A stretch of 64,000 bases of DNA from NCBI GenBank assembly GCA_045646545.1, contig JAZRKV010000031.1, positions 7,707 through 71,706 on the forward strand. The letters are read 5' to 3'. The first letter of the stretch is position 1; each line of letters opens with the position of its first letter. The translations under genes were made by a program, and so were the position numbers. Source of the stretch: Acutalibacteraceae bacterium. GTDB lineage: Bacteria > Bacillota > Clostridia > Oscillospirales > Acutalibacteraceae. The notes below the pieces were generated by a model, which did no database searches, was not told where the DNA came from, and saw only the letters and a list, made by a program, of their open reading frames with translations. This document shows, in pieces, positions 1 through 9,385 of the stretch.

Positions 1-1
1 T

Positions 2-646
2 CACTGGATTCGTCTTCTCTACTGTTACCCTGACAGAATTACAGACGAGCTTATTGACGCTATCGCAAGAAACGAAAAGGTTTGCAATTATATCGATATC
101 CCTATGCAACACGCAGATGGCGAAATCCTTAAAGCAATGAACAGACACGGCAACAAGCAAACTCTTCTCGACCTTGTCAACAAATTAAGGAGCCGTATCC
201 CTGATATTGTTATAAGAACAACATTCATCACAGGTTTCCCGGGCGAAACAGAAGACAACTTCACTACCCTTTCCGAATTTGTTGAAGAATCAAAGCTTGA
301 CAGAGTAGGCTGCTTTGCATATTCCCGTGAAGAAGGCACACCGGCTTACGATTTTCCGAACCAGGTTGACCCTGAAACAGCTGCTCATAGAGCAGAGGTT
401 ATTATGGATCAGCAATTCAGAATTTCGCAAGAAAAGCTTGAATCATTTATCGGCAAAACCTTTGACGTGCTTGTTGAAGGCTATGACCCTTACACAGACA
501 GTTATATGGGCAGAACTTATATGGATGCCCCTGATATTGATAACAGCGTTGTTTTCACATCAGGTTACAGAATAGATGACGGTGATATTGTTCCTGTTGA
601 GATTTTTGATAAAGACGACTTTGCACTTATTGGTGAAGCAGTATGA
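2..646 (+). CDS. rimO: ribosomal protein S12 methylthiotransferase RimO, C-terminal part (5' end outside window)
   Basis: The frame is open from the window edge. Translation reads HWIRLLYCYPDRITDELIDAI..NYIDIPMQHADGEILKAMNR.., followed by a TRAM-like C-terminus. The stop overlaps the pgsA ATG (ATGA). Confidence 0.85.
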   Translation, partial: HWIRLLYCYPDRITDELIDAIARNEKVCNYIDIPMQHADGEILKAMNRHGNKQTLLDLVNKLRSRIPDIVIRTTFITGFPGETEDNFTTLSEFVEESKLDRVGCFAYSREEGTPAYDFPNQVDPETAAHRAEVIMDQQFRISQEKLESFIGKTFDVLVEGYDPYTDSYMGRTYMDAPDIDNSVVFTSGYRIDDGDIVPVEIFDKDDFALIGEAV

Positions 647-1215
647 AAACATTAAACACTCCCAATATTCTGACAATTATCAGAATATTTCTCACACCTG
701 TTTTTCTTGCCGTCTTCCTCAGTAATATACCGCACCACTTTTTGTGGGGGCTTATAATCTTTGCGGTAGGCTCATTCACAGATTTCCTTGATGGCAAACT
801 TGCACGAAAGAACGGCATAGTCACTGTATTCGGTCAGCTTGCCGACCCTGTTGCAGATAAAATTCTTACAACTGCTGCTCTTTTAGGCTTTATGCAATTC
901 GGACTTTGCAATGTGTGGATAATAATGATAGTTCTTTTACGTGAATTCACCATTACATCTTTTAGGCTTGTTGCTACTGCACAGAACATTGTAATTCCTG
1001 CAAATATTTACGGCAAAATGAAAACCGTTTCTCAAATGGTTTTTTCAATAGTTATTATGCTTCTTGCAGAGCTTGACTATTGCAAGGTTTTAGGCGAGAA
1101 TTTCCCGCTTACAACTGTTGCAAATGTCCTTTTAAGCATCACCGCAATTCTTTGTGTTATTTCAGGAATAATTTACGTTAAACAATCAATAAAAATTATA
1201 GACTTCTCAAAGTAA
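643..1215 (+). CDS. pgsA: CDP-diacylglycerol--glycerol-3-phosphate 3-phosphatidyltransferase
   Basis: NILTIIRIFLTPVF and the CDP-alcohol phosphatidyltransferase motif DFLDGKLARKNG..G..ADPVADK are present, and the protein is polytopic. Confidence 0.9.
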   Translation: MKTLNTPNILTIIRIFLTPVFLAVFLSNIPHHFLWGLIIFAVGSFTDFLDGKLARKNGIVTVFGQLADPVADKILTTAALLGFMQFGLCNVWIIMIVLLREFTITSFRLVATAQNIVIPANIYGKMKTVSQMVFSIVIMLLAELDYCKVLGENFPLTTVANVLLSITAILCVISGIIYVKQSIKIIDFSK

Positions 1216-1231
1216 GCTAATCGGAGGATAT

Positions 1232-2659
1232 ATGAAACTTTACAATTCACTTACACGAAAAAAAGAAGATTTTAAAGAAAATGTTCCGGGCAAAGTAAGT
1301 ATGTACACTTGTGGCCCTACAGTTTACCATTTTGCGCACATCGGTAATTTAAGAAGCTACATTATGGAAGATATTCTTGAAAAGCATTTGCGTTACAGTG
1401 GCTACGATGTAAAACGTGTTATGAACATCACCGACGTTGGTCACCTTTCAAGCGATGCCGACACCGGCGAAGATAAAATGGTTAAAGGCGCAAAGCGTGA
1501 AAATAAAACTGTTATGGATATTGCAAGATTCTATACAGAAGCATTTTTCAAGGATTGCGAAAAACTTAACATCAAAATCCCTGATGTAGTTGAACCTGCA
1601 ACAAACTGCATCAAAGAATTCATTGAAATGGTTGAGGGTCTTATTGAAAAAGACTATGCATACCTTGCAGGCGGTAACGTTTATTTCGATACATCAAAAT
1701 TAGACGAATATTACGTTTTTAACAAACACGATATCGAAGAGCTTATGGTTGGTGTACGCGAGGGCGTAGAAGAAGATACGAACAAGCGCAACAAAAACGA
1801 CTTTGTTTTGTGGTTCACAAAATCAAAGTTTGAAGAGCAGGCTCTTAAATGGGATTCTCCTTGGGGCGTTGGTTACCCGGGTTGGCATATAGAATGTTCC
1901 GCTATCAGCCTTAAGCATTTAGGCGAATACCTTGATATTCACTGCGGCGGTATTGATAATGCATTCCCTCACCACACAAACGAAATTGCACAAAGCGAAG
2001 CGTTTATCGGTCACAAATGGTGTAACTTCTGGTTCCACGTGCTTCATCTTAACACTAACTCAGGTAAAATGAGTAAATCTAAAGGTGAATTCCTCACAGT
2101 TTCACTTCTTGAAGAAAAAGGCTACAATCCTCTTGCATACCGCTTCTTCTGCTTACAGTCACACTATAGAAAACAACTTGTTTTCTCTTATGAAAATCTT
2201 GACGGTGCAGCAACTGCGTATGAAAAACTTCTCAAAAAAATCGCATCTCTTAAAGAAGATGATTCTCAGGAATTAGACACTGCTGCAATTGAAAAACTTC
2301 AAGGCAGTTTCAAAGCCGCACTTGATAACGATATAAACACTTCACTTGCAATTACTGCAATTTATGATGTTCTTAAAGAGAATACAAACGATAAAACAAA
2401 GTTATATTTACTCAGTGACTTTGACAAAGTGCTTTCTCTCGACCTTATTGAAGGTGCAAAGAAATTATCTGAAGGTAAAGAAGAGCCTCAGGGCGAAAAA
2501 GATGAGCTTACACTTTATGTTGAAGAGCAAATTGCTTTAAGAGCTGCCGCAAAGAAAGAAAAGAACTTTGCAGAGGCGGACAGAATCCGTAACGAGCTTC
2601 TTGAAAAAGGCATCAAACTTCTCGACACACGTGAAGGCACAACCTGGTCAAAGGAATAA
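1232..2659 (+). CDS. cysS: cysteine--tRNA ligase
   Basis: Class I synthetase motifs HIGN and KMSKS are present with overall CysS-like sequence. An RBS GGAGG lies upstream. Confidence 0.95.
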   Translation: MKLYNSLTRKKEDFKENVPGKVSMYTCGPTVYHFAHIGNLRSYIMEDILEKHLRYSGYDVKRVMNITDVGHLSSDADTGEDKMVKGAKRENKTVMDIARFYTEAFFKDCEKLNIKIPDVVEPATNCIKEFIEMVEGLIEKDYAYLAGGNVYFDTSKLDEYYVFNKHDIEELMVGVREGVEEDTNKRNKNDFVLWFTKSKFEEQALKWDSPWGVGYPGWHIECSAISLKHLGEYLDIHCGGIDNAFPHHTNEIAQSEAFIGHKWCNFWFHVLHLNTNSGKMSKSKGEFLTVSLLEEKGYNPLAYRFFCLQSHYRKQLVFSYENLDGAATAYEKLLKKIASLKEDDSQELDTAAIEKLQGSFKAALDNDINTSLAITAIYDVLKENTNDKTKLYLLSDFDKVLSLDLIEGAKKLSEGKEEPQGEKDELTLYVEEQIALRAAAKKEKNFAEADRIRNELLEKGIKLLDTREGTTWSKE

Positions 2660-2677
2660 TTTATTGGAGAAAACAAA

Positions 2678-3049
2678 ATGACAAGTAAAGAAAGAGCAAA
2701 ATTAAGAGCCGAAGCAAATGGCCTTGACCCTATTTTCCAGATTGGTAAAGAAGGCATTACAGATGCAGTTGTGGCTCAACTTGAAGACACATTCAACACA
2801 CGCGAACTTTTCAAAATCAAAGTTCACCTTGAAACTGCACCTGAATCACCGAAAGAGCTTGCAGCTAAAATTGCAGAAGCTACAAAGTGTGAAATCATTC
2901 AGGTTATCGGCGGAACAATCGTTGTTTTCAGAATCAATCTTATCCTCCGTCAAAAAGAGGCTGAAAAGAAAAAACGTGCAAAAGAAAAGGCTCGTAAGGA
3001 AGCAATTGAACGCCGCACCGAACGTAACAGGCAAAAATACAGCAGGTAA
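2678..3049 (+). CDS. yhbY: YhbY/CRM-domain RNA-binding protein with Lys/Arg-rich C-terminal tail
   Basis: LTSKERAKLRAEANGLDPIFQIGKEGITD..ELFKIKV is typical of the YhbY family. Confidence 0.75.
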   Translation: MTSKERAKLRAEANGLDPIFQIGKEGITDAVVAQLEDTFNTRELFKIKVHLETAPESPKELAAKIAEATKCEIIQVIGGTIVVFRINLILRQKEAEKKKRAKEKARKEAIERRTERNRQKYSR

Positions 3050-3054
3050 TTATT

Positions 3055-3735
3055 ATGGAAGAAATTATTACTATAAAAGAGAAAAAGAAAATTGCTCCCT
3101 TTTTATTCGGTCTTTTTATTATTGCCCTTGCAGTTGTTGGTATTATAAGCATAGTTTTACACATTAAAGATACTTATGCACCAAAAACCGAAGAAGAAAT
3201 CCAATATGAAGAATATGCTGATTTTCTTACCTGGGTTGTTGGCGTTGACCCTATATCATTTTCAGATATCACCTCTGCCAACAAAGACGATTTGAGAAAT
3301 ATTGCAATTTGCTCACTTATGAATGATGAAATTACTACAAGCACTTACGACGTAACGGAAAAAGGTCTTGTGGTTCCCGTTGCAGATGTAGAAAAACACT
3401 ACAAAGCAATGTTCGGTAACGATGTTGAAATTTCTCACGGAAACGTTGTAGGCTACGGCTACGAGTTTATTTATGATGCAGCAAAAGCAGTTTACTACGT
3501 TCCACTTACAGGTATCGCTCCTCCGTTTGCTGTCAGAATCGAATCTGCAAAAGTAACAGGCGATTTTATTCAGCTCAGAATTGGTTACGTAGGTACAAGC
3601 AACGTAGAGGTTGATGCACAAGGCAACTTAATCGCCGCCCAACCTGATAAATATGCAGACATTACTCTCAAGAAAACCGAAAATGGCTACAACCTTATTT
3701 CTTTAATGAGCACATCTGCAGGTGAATTTAATTAA
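3055..3735 (+). CDS. hypothetical N-terminally membrane-anchored protein
   Basis: A single TM segment (APFLFGLFIIALAVVGIISIVL) precedes a soluble domain. I recognise no family. Confidence 0.6.
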   Translation: MEEIITIKEKKKIAPFLFGLFIIALAVVGIISIVLHIKDTYAPKTEEEIQYEEYADFLTWVVGVDPISFSDITSANKDDLRNIAICSLMNDEITTSTYDVTEKGLVVPVADVEKHYKAMFGNDVEISHGNVVGYGYEFIYDAAKAVYYVPLTGIAPPFAVRIESAKVTGDFIQLRIGYVGTSNVEVDAQGNLIAAQPDKYADITLKKTENGYNLISLMSTSAGEFN

Positions 3736-3740
3736 TCAAA

Positions 3741-3776
3741 ATATCCGACAGAGTAAAGCTTTGTCGGATATTTTTA
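3741..3776 (+). terminator. rho-independent terminator
   Basis: Stem ATATCCGACA / TGTCGGATAT followed by a T-run. Confidence 0.7.
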
Positions 3777-3800
3777 AATTTTTTCAAAAAAGGTGCAATT

Positions 3801-4853
3801 ATGGATTTTAAAATTGATACGCTTTCCGTTTGGGAGAAGTTGCAAAACACAACTGAACCAATCATTATGTACGGTACCGGCAACGGTGCCGATAAAGTTC
3901 TTGATATTCTTGAAAAACTTAATATTAAAATAAACGGTGTAACTGCAAGTTCAACTTTTGTCAGAAATAGAATTTTCAGAGGCTTTCAGGTTATGCCCCT
4001 CTCCTTTTTTGAAGAAAAATACGAATCCTTCACCATCATTGTAACTTTCGGTTCATCAATCCCCGAAGTTATGGAAAACATTTACAGCATAGCCAAAAAT
4101 CATAAAGTTCTTGTTCCTGTTGTGCCTGTTATCGGCACCGAAATTTTCGACAGAAATTTTCTGATTGCAAATGAAGAAAAAATTAATTCTGCATATAATT
4201 TAATGGCGGATGACTTTTCAAAAAACATCTTTGCAGGTTATGTTAATTTTCTTTTCGGCGGTGAGCTTGACGTATTAAAAAATATTACAACCCAAGAAGA
4301 CGAAGCATTTAATAATATTCTTCAACTTAACAGTAATGAAACATATATTGATATTGGTGCATACCGTGGAGATACAGTAGAAAAATTTCTTTCTTACACA
4401 AACAACTCCTATAATCAGATAATCTGTGCAGAGCCGGACACAAAAACATTTAACAAGCTTGTTGTCAATTGCTCTCACCTTATAAATTTCAACGCCTTTA
4501 ATGTTGCGGTTGCAGATATTGACGGCAAAATTGGTTTTTCTGACCTTCACGGCAGGCAATCTGCTGTTGGCGGAAATAACCTTACTGACTGTGTAACACT
4601 TACGACTTTATGCGGTGACTCGCAACCTACATATATTAAAATTGATGCCGAAGGCTGCGAAAACGAAATCCTTCGTGAAGGTAGTAAAATTCTTTGTAAA
4701 TTCAAGCCCAGACTCAATATTGCTACCTATCATAAATGTGCCGATATTTTCACATTGCCTCTTCTTATCAACAGTATTAACCCCGAATACAAAATACACC
4801 TGCGTCACCATCCGTACATTCCTGCATGGGACACATTATTTTACTGTATTTAA
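3801..4853 (+). CDS. FkbM-family methyltransferase
   Basis: YIDIGAYRGDT (SAM-binding) and IKIDAEGCENEIL motifs are typical of the FkbM family. Confidence 0.75.
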   Translation: MDFKIDTLSVWEKLQNTTEPIIMYGTGNGADKVLDILEKLNIKINGVTASSTFVRNRIFRGFQVMPLSFFEEKYESFTIIVTFGSSIPEVMENIYSIAKNHKVLVPVVPVIGTEIFDRNFLIANEEKINSAYNLMADDFSKNIFAGYVNFLFGGELDVLKNITTQEDEAFNNILQLNSNETYIDIGAYRGDTVEKFLSYTNNSYNQIICAEPDTKTFNKLVVNCSHLINFNAFNVAVADIDGKIGFSDLHGRQSAVGGNNLTDCVTLTTLCGDSQPTYIKIDAEGCENEILREGSKILCKFKPRLNIATYHKCADIFTLPLLINSINPEYKIHLRHHPYIPAWDTLFYCI

Positions 4854-4904
4854 CCTTGTTTTTTTCGACAAGAAAAATTATTTTTATACAATTTAAAAAA
4901 GTTA

Positions 4905-4933
4905 TTGACTTTTTCCTTAATTATATATATATT
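4905..4933 (+). promoter_or_regulatory. sigma-A type promoter (TTGACT-17-TATATT)
   Basis: Near-consensus -35 (4905-4910) and -10 (4928-4933) hexamers with a 17-bp spacer. Two AGTAAATTAA direct repeats at 4941 and 4962 follow. Confidence 0.55.
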
Positions 4934-4982
4934 TAGTCTTAGTAAATTAACTTTTACTCTCAGTAAATTAATATTTCGTGTC

Positions 4983-5172
4983 AGCCGTCATGGGTTCAAA
5001 CTAGAGTGGATAAGGCATATCCGAATCAGATTTTGGAATAGGCTTTTTCACTCATATTTTGTTAAAACACTCGTAAATCCGTTACTTTCAAATGCAAATA
5101 CAACCAAAAGTACCGAAAACCCATCATTTAAGGCTGATTTGGGTATGCATTATCCACTCTTACCACGGACAA
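4983..5172 (+). ncRNA. candidate structured RNA or inverted-repeat element in the pot leader
   Basis: The 27-nt arms 5003-5029 and 5134-5160 pair with 24 Watson-Crick pairs, 2 G-U pairs and 1 mismatch on the + strand. TTTTGG 5031-5036 pairs with CCAAAA 5104-5109. I recognise no class. Confidence 0.35.
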
Positions 5173-5284
5173 AACAAAAATTCACCAATTTGAAGAAAGC
5201 ATTTTCCAAAATGCGCTTTGGGTAGGTGGTTTTTTCTTTTGAATGAAAGATTTTCATTCTATTATTTTACAAGGGGGTCTCCTG

Positions 5285-6412
5285 ATGTCCAATAATATTA
5301 TTGAATTAAAAAATATATCTGTTGCCTTTGATGGTCAACAGATTATTGAAAATATGAATTTATATATCCGCGACAAGGAATTTATTACATTCTTAGGTCC
5401 TTCCGGTTGCGGTAAAACAACTACCCTCAGAATGATTGCAGGTTTCCAGGAGCCTGATTCAGGAGATGTTTGTTTTGAAGGTAAAAAAATAAATGGTGTT
5501 CCTCCTCACAAAAGGCAGCTCAACACCATTTTTCAGCGTTATGCTCTTTTTCCACACCTTAATGTGTACGAAAACATTGCTTTTGGCTTACGTCAACAAA
5601 AAAAGAGCGACAAAGAAATAAAAGAGGTTGTGACCGAAATGCTTGAAATGGTCAACCTTAAAGGCTTTGAAAAAAGAAATATCAATTCTCTTTCAGGCGG
5701 TCAGCAACAACGTGTTGCTATCGCCCGTGCCCTTGCGGTTAAACCTCGCGTACTTCTTCTTGATGAGCCATTAGGTGCTCTTGACCTTAAACTTCGTAAA
5801 GATATGCAGGTCGAACTTAAAAACATCCAGAAGCGTCTTGGCATCACTTTTATTTACGTTACTCACGACCAGGAAGAAGCCCTTTCCATGAGTGACACTA
5901 TTGTTGTTATGGACTCTGGCGTTATTCAGCAAATCGGTACACCAACTGATATTTATAACGAACCTAAAAATGCTTTCGTTGCAGATTTCATCGGTGAAAG
6001 TAATATTATTGAAGGCGTTATGAAGGACGATTTCTGGGTTGAAATGGCAGGTTACAAATTCAAATGCCTCGACAAAGGCTTCGGCGTTGATGAAGAAGTT
6101 GATGTTGTTGTCCGTCCCGAAGACGTTGATGTTGTGCCTGTTGACAAGGCTATGATTTCCGGCGTTGTTACCTCTATCACCTTCAAAGGTGTTTATTACG
6201 AAATTATTGTTGAAATCAAAGGCTTTAAATGGATGATTCAATCAACCGACTATCAGGAAGTCGGCTCAACAATCGGCCTTTTCATTGAGCCTGATGCAAT
6301 TCATATTATGAAAAAATCGCAGTACTCCGGTCTCTATGGTGACTATAGCTCATTCAGTGAAGAATTTGATGAGCTTTCCGTTGCAGAGATTGATGAAGAC
6401 GAGGAGGAATAA
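5285..6412 (+). CDS. potA: spermidine/putrescine ABC transporter ATP-binding protein
   Basis: Walker [10 protein letters not shown], signature LSGGQQQR and a PotA-type C-terminal regulatory domain. ATG 5285 is preceded by AAGGGGG. The track ORF starts at 5243. Confidence 0.9.
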   Translation: MSNNIIELKNISVAFDGQQIIENMNLYIRDKEFITFLGPSGCGKTTTLRMIAGFQEPDSGDVCFEGKKINGVPPHKRQLNTIFQRYALFPHLNVYENIAFGLRQQKKSDKEIKEVVTEMLEMVNLKGFEKRNINSLSGGQQQRVAIARALAVKPRVLLLDEPLGALDLKLRKDMQVELKNIQKRLGITFIYVTHDQEEALSMSDTIVVMDSGVIQQIGTPTDIYNEPKNAFVADFIGESNIIEGVMKDDFWVEMAGYKFKCLDKGFGVDEEVDVVVRPEDVDVVPVDKAMISGVVTSITFKGVYYEIIVEIKGFKWMIQSTDYQEVGSTIGLFIEPDAIHIMKKSQYSGLYGDYSSFSEEFDELSVAEIDEDEEE

Positions 6413-6446
6413 TTCTTCCCGAATTTTTGAAAGGAGTGCTAAAAGG

Positions 6447-7301
6447 ATGAACAAAAAATCATCTCTTATGACAAAGCTTTCAGGCGCTCCATACATTGTT
6501 TGGGCAGCATTATTCATAATTGTTCCTCTTTGTATGGTAGCCTACTACGCTTTTACAGATAATAGCGGTGCTTTTTCGTTAGAAAACATCAAGAGCATCA
6601 GCAATTACACAGATACTTTTATTCTCTCTATATGGTTGGGTCTTCTGGCAACTGTAATTTGCCTTGTTGTTGCCTATCCCCTTGCTTACATAATGGCTCA
6701 AAAGGGCCCCTCAAAGCAAAGCACCATGACTATGCTCATTATGCTTCCCATGTGGATGAACTTTCTTTTAAGAACTTATTCTTGGATGACATTACTGGAA
6801 GATAACGGCATACTTACAAGTGCTATTAACTTTATTGTTGAAGCACTTAACAATATCCCAAAGGTGAACCTTGAGCCCGTGCAGTTAATCAATACCCGCG
6901 GTGCAGTTGTTGTTGGTATGGTATACAATTTCTTACCATATATGATTCTTCCTATTTATACTGTTATGCTCAAAACTGACCGTTCACTTATTGAAGCGGC
7001 ACAGGACCTTGGTGCAAACAAACTCGACGTTTTCAGAAATGTTACAATTCCCCTCAGTGTTCCCGGTATTGTTTCAGGCTTCACAATGGTATTTGTACCA
7101 AGTGTAAGCACCTTCTACATTTCACAGAAATTGGGCGGAACAAGCACCATTCTTATAGGTGACATTATAGAAACACAGTTCCAGACTGCAAATAATTTCA
7201 ACTTAGGCGCATCACTTTCTTTTGTGCTTATGATTCTTATCTTTATCTGCCTTGCAGTTATGAACCGTTTCTCAGATGACGACGGAGGTGTTATTATATG
7301 A
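6447..7301 (+). CDS. potB: spermidine/putrescine ABC transporter permease
   Basis: Polytopic, with the EAA-loop IEAAQDLGA. ATG 6447 follows an AAAGGA RBS. The track ORF starts at 6336. Confidence 0.9.
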   Translation: MNKKSSLMTKLSGAPYIVWAALFIIVPLCMVAYYAFTDNSGAFSLENIKSISNYTDTFILSIWLGLLATVICLVVAYPLAYIMAQKGPSKQSTMTMLIMLPMWMNFLLRTYSWMTLLEDNGILTSAINFIVEALNNIPKVNLEPVQLINTRGAVVVGMVYNFLPYMILPIYTVMLKTDRSLIEAAQDLGANKLDVFRNVTIPLSVPGIVSGFTMVFVPSVSTFYISQKLGGTSTILIGDIIETQFQTANNFNLGASLSFVLMILIFICLAVMNRFSDDDGGVII

Positions 7302-8128
7302 CGAAAAAAACCTCTTTCGGCTCAAAGCTCTATACTGCACTTGTTTTTCTGTTTTTATATGCACCAATTTTCGTGCTTATAATCTTCAGTTTTAACTCCG
7401 GTAAAAGCACCTCTGTTTTTGAAGGCTTTTCCCTTTATTGGTACAAGGAACTTTTTAACGATTCCGCTACACTTACAGCATTTAAAAACTCTATGATAGT
7501 TGCTGTTGTTTCTTCTCTTATTGCAACTGTTATGGGTACCGCAGCAGCAACTGCTATTTATGGCTACAAAAACAAGCTCTTTAAAAGCAGTATTATGACT
7601 GTTACAAATATCCCAATGATGAACCCGGAAATTGTTACAGGTATCTCAATGATGCTCCTTTTTGTTTTTGTCGGTTCTCTTTTCGGGAAAACAGGTACAT
7701 TAGGTTTTGCTACACTTATAATTGCACACACAACCTTTGAATTGCCCTATGTAATTCTTAACGTTTTACCTAAACTACGCCAAACTGACCCTCACCTTAC
7801 AGAAGCGGCTCAGGACCTTGGTTGTACACCATGGCAGGCATTTTTCAAGGTTATGCTTCCCGCAATTATGCCGGGTATCATTTCCGGTCTTATGATGGCG
7901 TTTACACTTTCTGTTGATGATTTTATTATCAGTTATTTTGTAAGCGGTACAGATTCACAAACATTACCTATCCGTATTTTCTCCATGACAAAACGTCGTG
8001 TTACTCCGGATATGTATGCTCTTTCTACACTCATCTTCCTTGCAATACTTATTCTTCTTATCGTTTCAAATATTGTAAGTGCACATGGTGATAAAAAACT
8101 TTCTAAAAAAGGCGGTGGAAAGAAATGA
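7298..8128 (+). CDS. potC: spermidine/putrescine ABC transporter permease
   Basis: EAA-loop TEAAQDLG. The start overlaps the potB stop. Confidence 0.9.
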   Translation: MTKKTSFGSKLYTALVFLFLYAPIFVLIIFSFNSGKSTSVFEGFSLYWYKELFNDSATLTAFKNSMIVAVVSSLIATVMGTAAATAIYGYKNKLFKSSIMTVTNIPMMNPEIVTGISMMLLFVFVGSLFGKTGTLGFATLIIAHTTFELPYVILNVLPKLRQTDPHLTEAAQDLGCTPWQAFFKVMLPAIMPGIISGLMMAFTLSVDDFIISYFVSGTDSQTLPIRIFSMTKRRVTPDMYALSTLIFLAILILLIVSNIVSAHGDKKLSKKGGGKK

Positions 8129-9321
8129 TTAAACGTCTTTTTAGTTTAAGTTTTGCAATTCTTATTGTTATTTCATCATTTTCTGTTCTCGCTTTTGCAG
8201 AAAATGAAAAAGATTATTCGCACCTCAGAGGCACAGTTATTAACGTATACAACTGGGGCGAATACATCTCTGACGGTGCCGATGGCACTTTAGACGTTAA
8301 CAAAGAGTTTGAAAAACGTTACGGTATAACCGTAAATTACACAAACTTTGAAAGCAACGAGAATATGTACAACAAGTTAAAGAGCGGTGGTGCAAACTAC
8401 GACGTAGTTATTCCCTCCGACTATATGATTGCAAAACTTGTTGAAGAAGATATGCTTGTAGAACTTGATTTTTCAAATATTCCAAACTACAAGTATATTC
8501 TTGATAAGTACAAAAGCCACTATTTTGACCCTGAAAACAAATACACTGTTCCTTATACTGTAGGCATGGTTGGACTTATCTATAACACAAAAATGGTAGA
8601 TGGTGAAATCGACAGTTGGTCTGCTTTATGGGATGAAAAATATGCAGGCAAGATACTTATGTTCAACAATCCTCGTGATGCATTTGGTATTGCACAGAGC
8701 CTTTTAGGCCAGAGTATTAACACTACCGATACTAAGGAATGGGATGAAGCGTTAGCTCTTCTCAAGGAACAGAATCCGCTTGTATCAAGCTACGTTATGG
8801 ACGAAATTTTTAACAAAATGGAAAATAACGAGGCTGCCCTTGCACCATACTATGCAGGTGATTTTCTTTCAATGTACGATGTTAACCCTGACCTTGCATT
8901 CTGTTATCCTAAAGAGGGCGTTAACTTCTTTATAGATGCTATGTGCATACCAAAAACTACAGAAAACAAAGAAGCTGCCGAACTTTACATTAACTTTATG
9001 TGCGAGGAAGAAATTGCGGTTGCCAACGCAAACTACATTTGTTATGCGTCACCTCACAAGCTTGTTCTTGAATCTGACGATTACGATTTAAAGGGCGACC
9101 CAATTCTTTATCCTGCGGAAGAGGATATGCCAAAAACAGAAATGTTTGAGAATCTTGATTACGAAACACAACAATACATGTCTGTTCTCTGGAACGAATT
9201 AAAGATAGGCAGTAACAGTAACATAGATGCATATATCGGTTTATCTGTGAGTCTTGCACTTGTTGTTTTCTACCTTACTTATAAGTTTATAAAAAAGAAA
9301 AAACGTGAAGCGTATTATTAA
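8125..9321 (+). CDS. potD: spermidine/putrescine-binding protein with signal peptide and extra C-terminal TM helix
   Basis: VYNWGEYI and overall PotD-like sequence. N-terminal signal ..VLAFA/ENE and C-terminal YIGLSVSLALVVFYLTYKFIKKKK. Confidence 0.85.
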   Translation: MIKRLFSLSFAILIVISSFSVLAFAENEKDYSHLRGTVINVYNWGEYISDGADGTLDVNKEFEKRYGITVNYTNFESNENMYNKLKSGGANYDVVIPSDYMIAKLVEEDMLVELDFSNIPNYKYILDKYKSHYFDPENKYTVPYTVGMVGLIYNTKMVDGEIDSWSALWDEKYAGKILMFNNPRDAFGIAQSLLGQSINTTDTKEWDEALALLKEQNPLVSSYVMDEIFNKMENNEAALAPYYAGDFLSMYDVNPDLAFCYPKEGVNFFIDAMCIPKTTENKEAAELYINFMCEEEIAVANANYICYASPHKLVLESDDYDLKGDPILYPAEEDMPKTEMFENLDYETQQYMSVLWNELKIGSNSNIDAYIGLSVSLALVVFYLTYKFIKKKKREAYY

Positions 9322-9352
9322 ATTTACACTTCTTCACTATTACTTATTAAAT

Positions 9353-9385
9353 AAAAAAGGAGATGCATAGCATCTCCTTTTTTTC
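9353..9385. terminator. bidirectional terminator
   Basis: GGAGATGC-ATA-GCATCTCC flanked by an A-run and a T-run, between the convergent potD and acyltransferase genes. Confidence 0.75.

Noticed and set aside
2718-3167. 149-aa alternative-frame ORF overlapping yhbY, plus the many other same-locus or antisense ORFs of 60-180 aa in the track
   Set aside because: Each is nested in, or antisense to, a longer ORF with clear family motifs. They show the skewed composition typical of off-frame translation.
5004-5012. DnaA-box-like GAGTGGATA / AGTGGATAA (and TTATCCACT at about 5151-5159)
   Set aside because: There are only two copies, and they are simply the two arms of one inverted repeat. No dnaA or dnaN gene and no AT-rich unwinding cluster are nearby, so this is not an origin.
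4983-5172. 6S RNA assignment for the structured region upstream of potA
   Set aside because: The size (about 190 nt) and end-to-end pairing are compatible. However, the fold is one 27-bp near-perfect helix plus a large unstructured loop of about 67 nt, not the helix / central bubble / helix layout of 6S. I cannot verify sequence similarity without a covariance model.
4905-5225. 106-aa track ORF starting at TTG 4905
   Set aside because: Its start codon is the -35 hexamer of a promoter. It has no RBS and low-complexity, Arg/Phe/Leu-rich composition, and it spans the long inverted repeat. I treat the region as non-coding.
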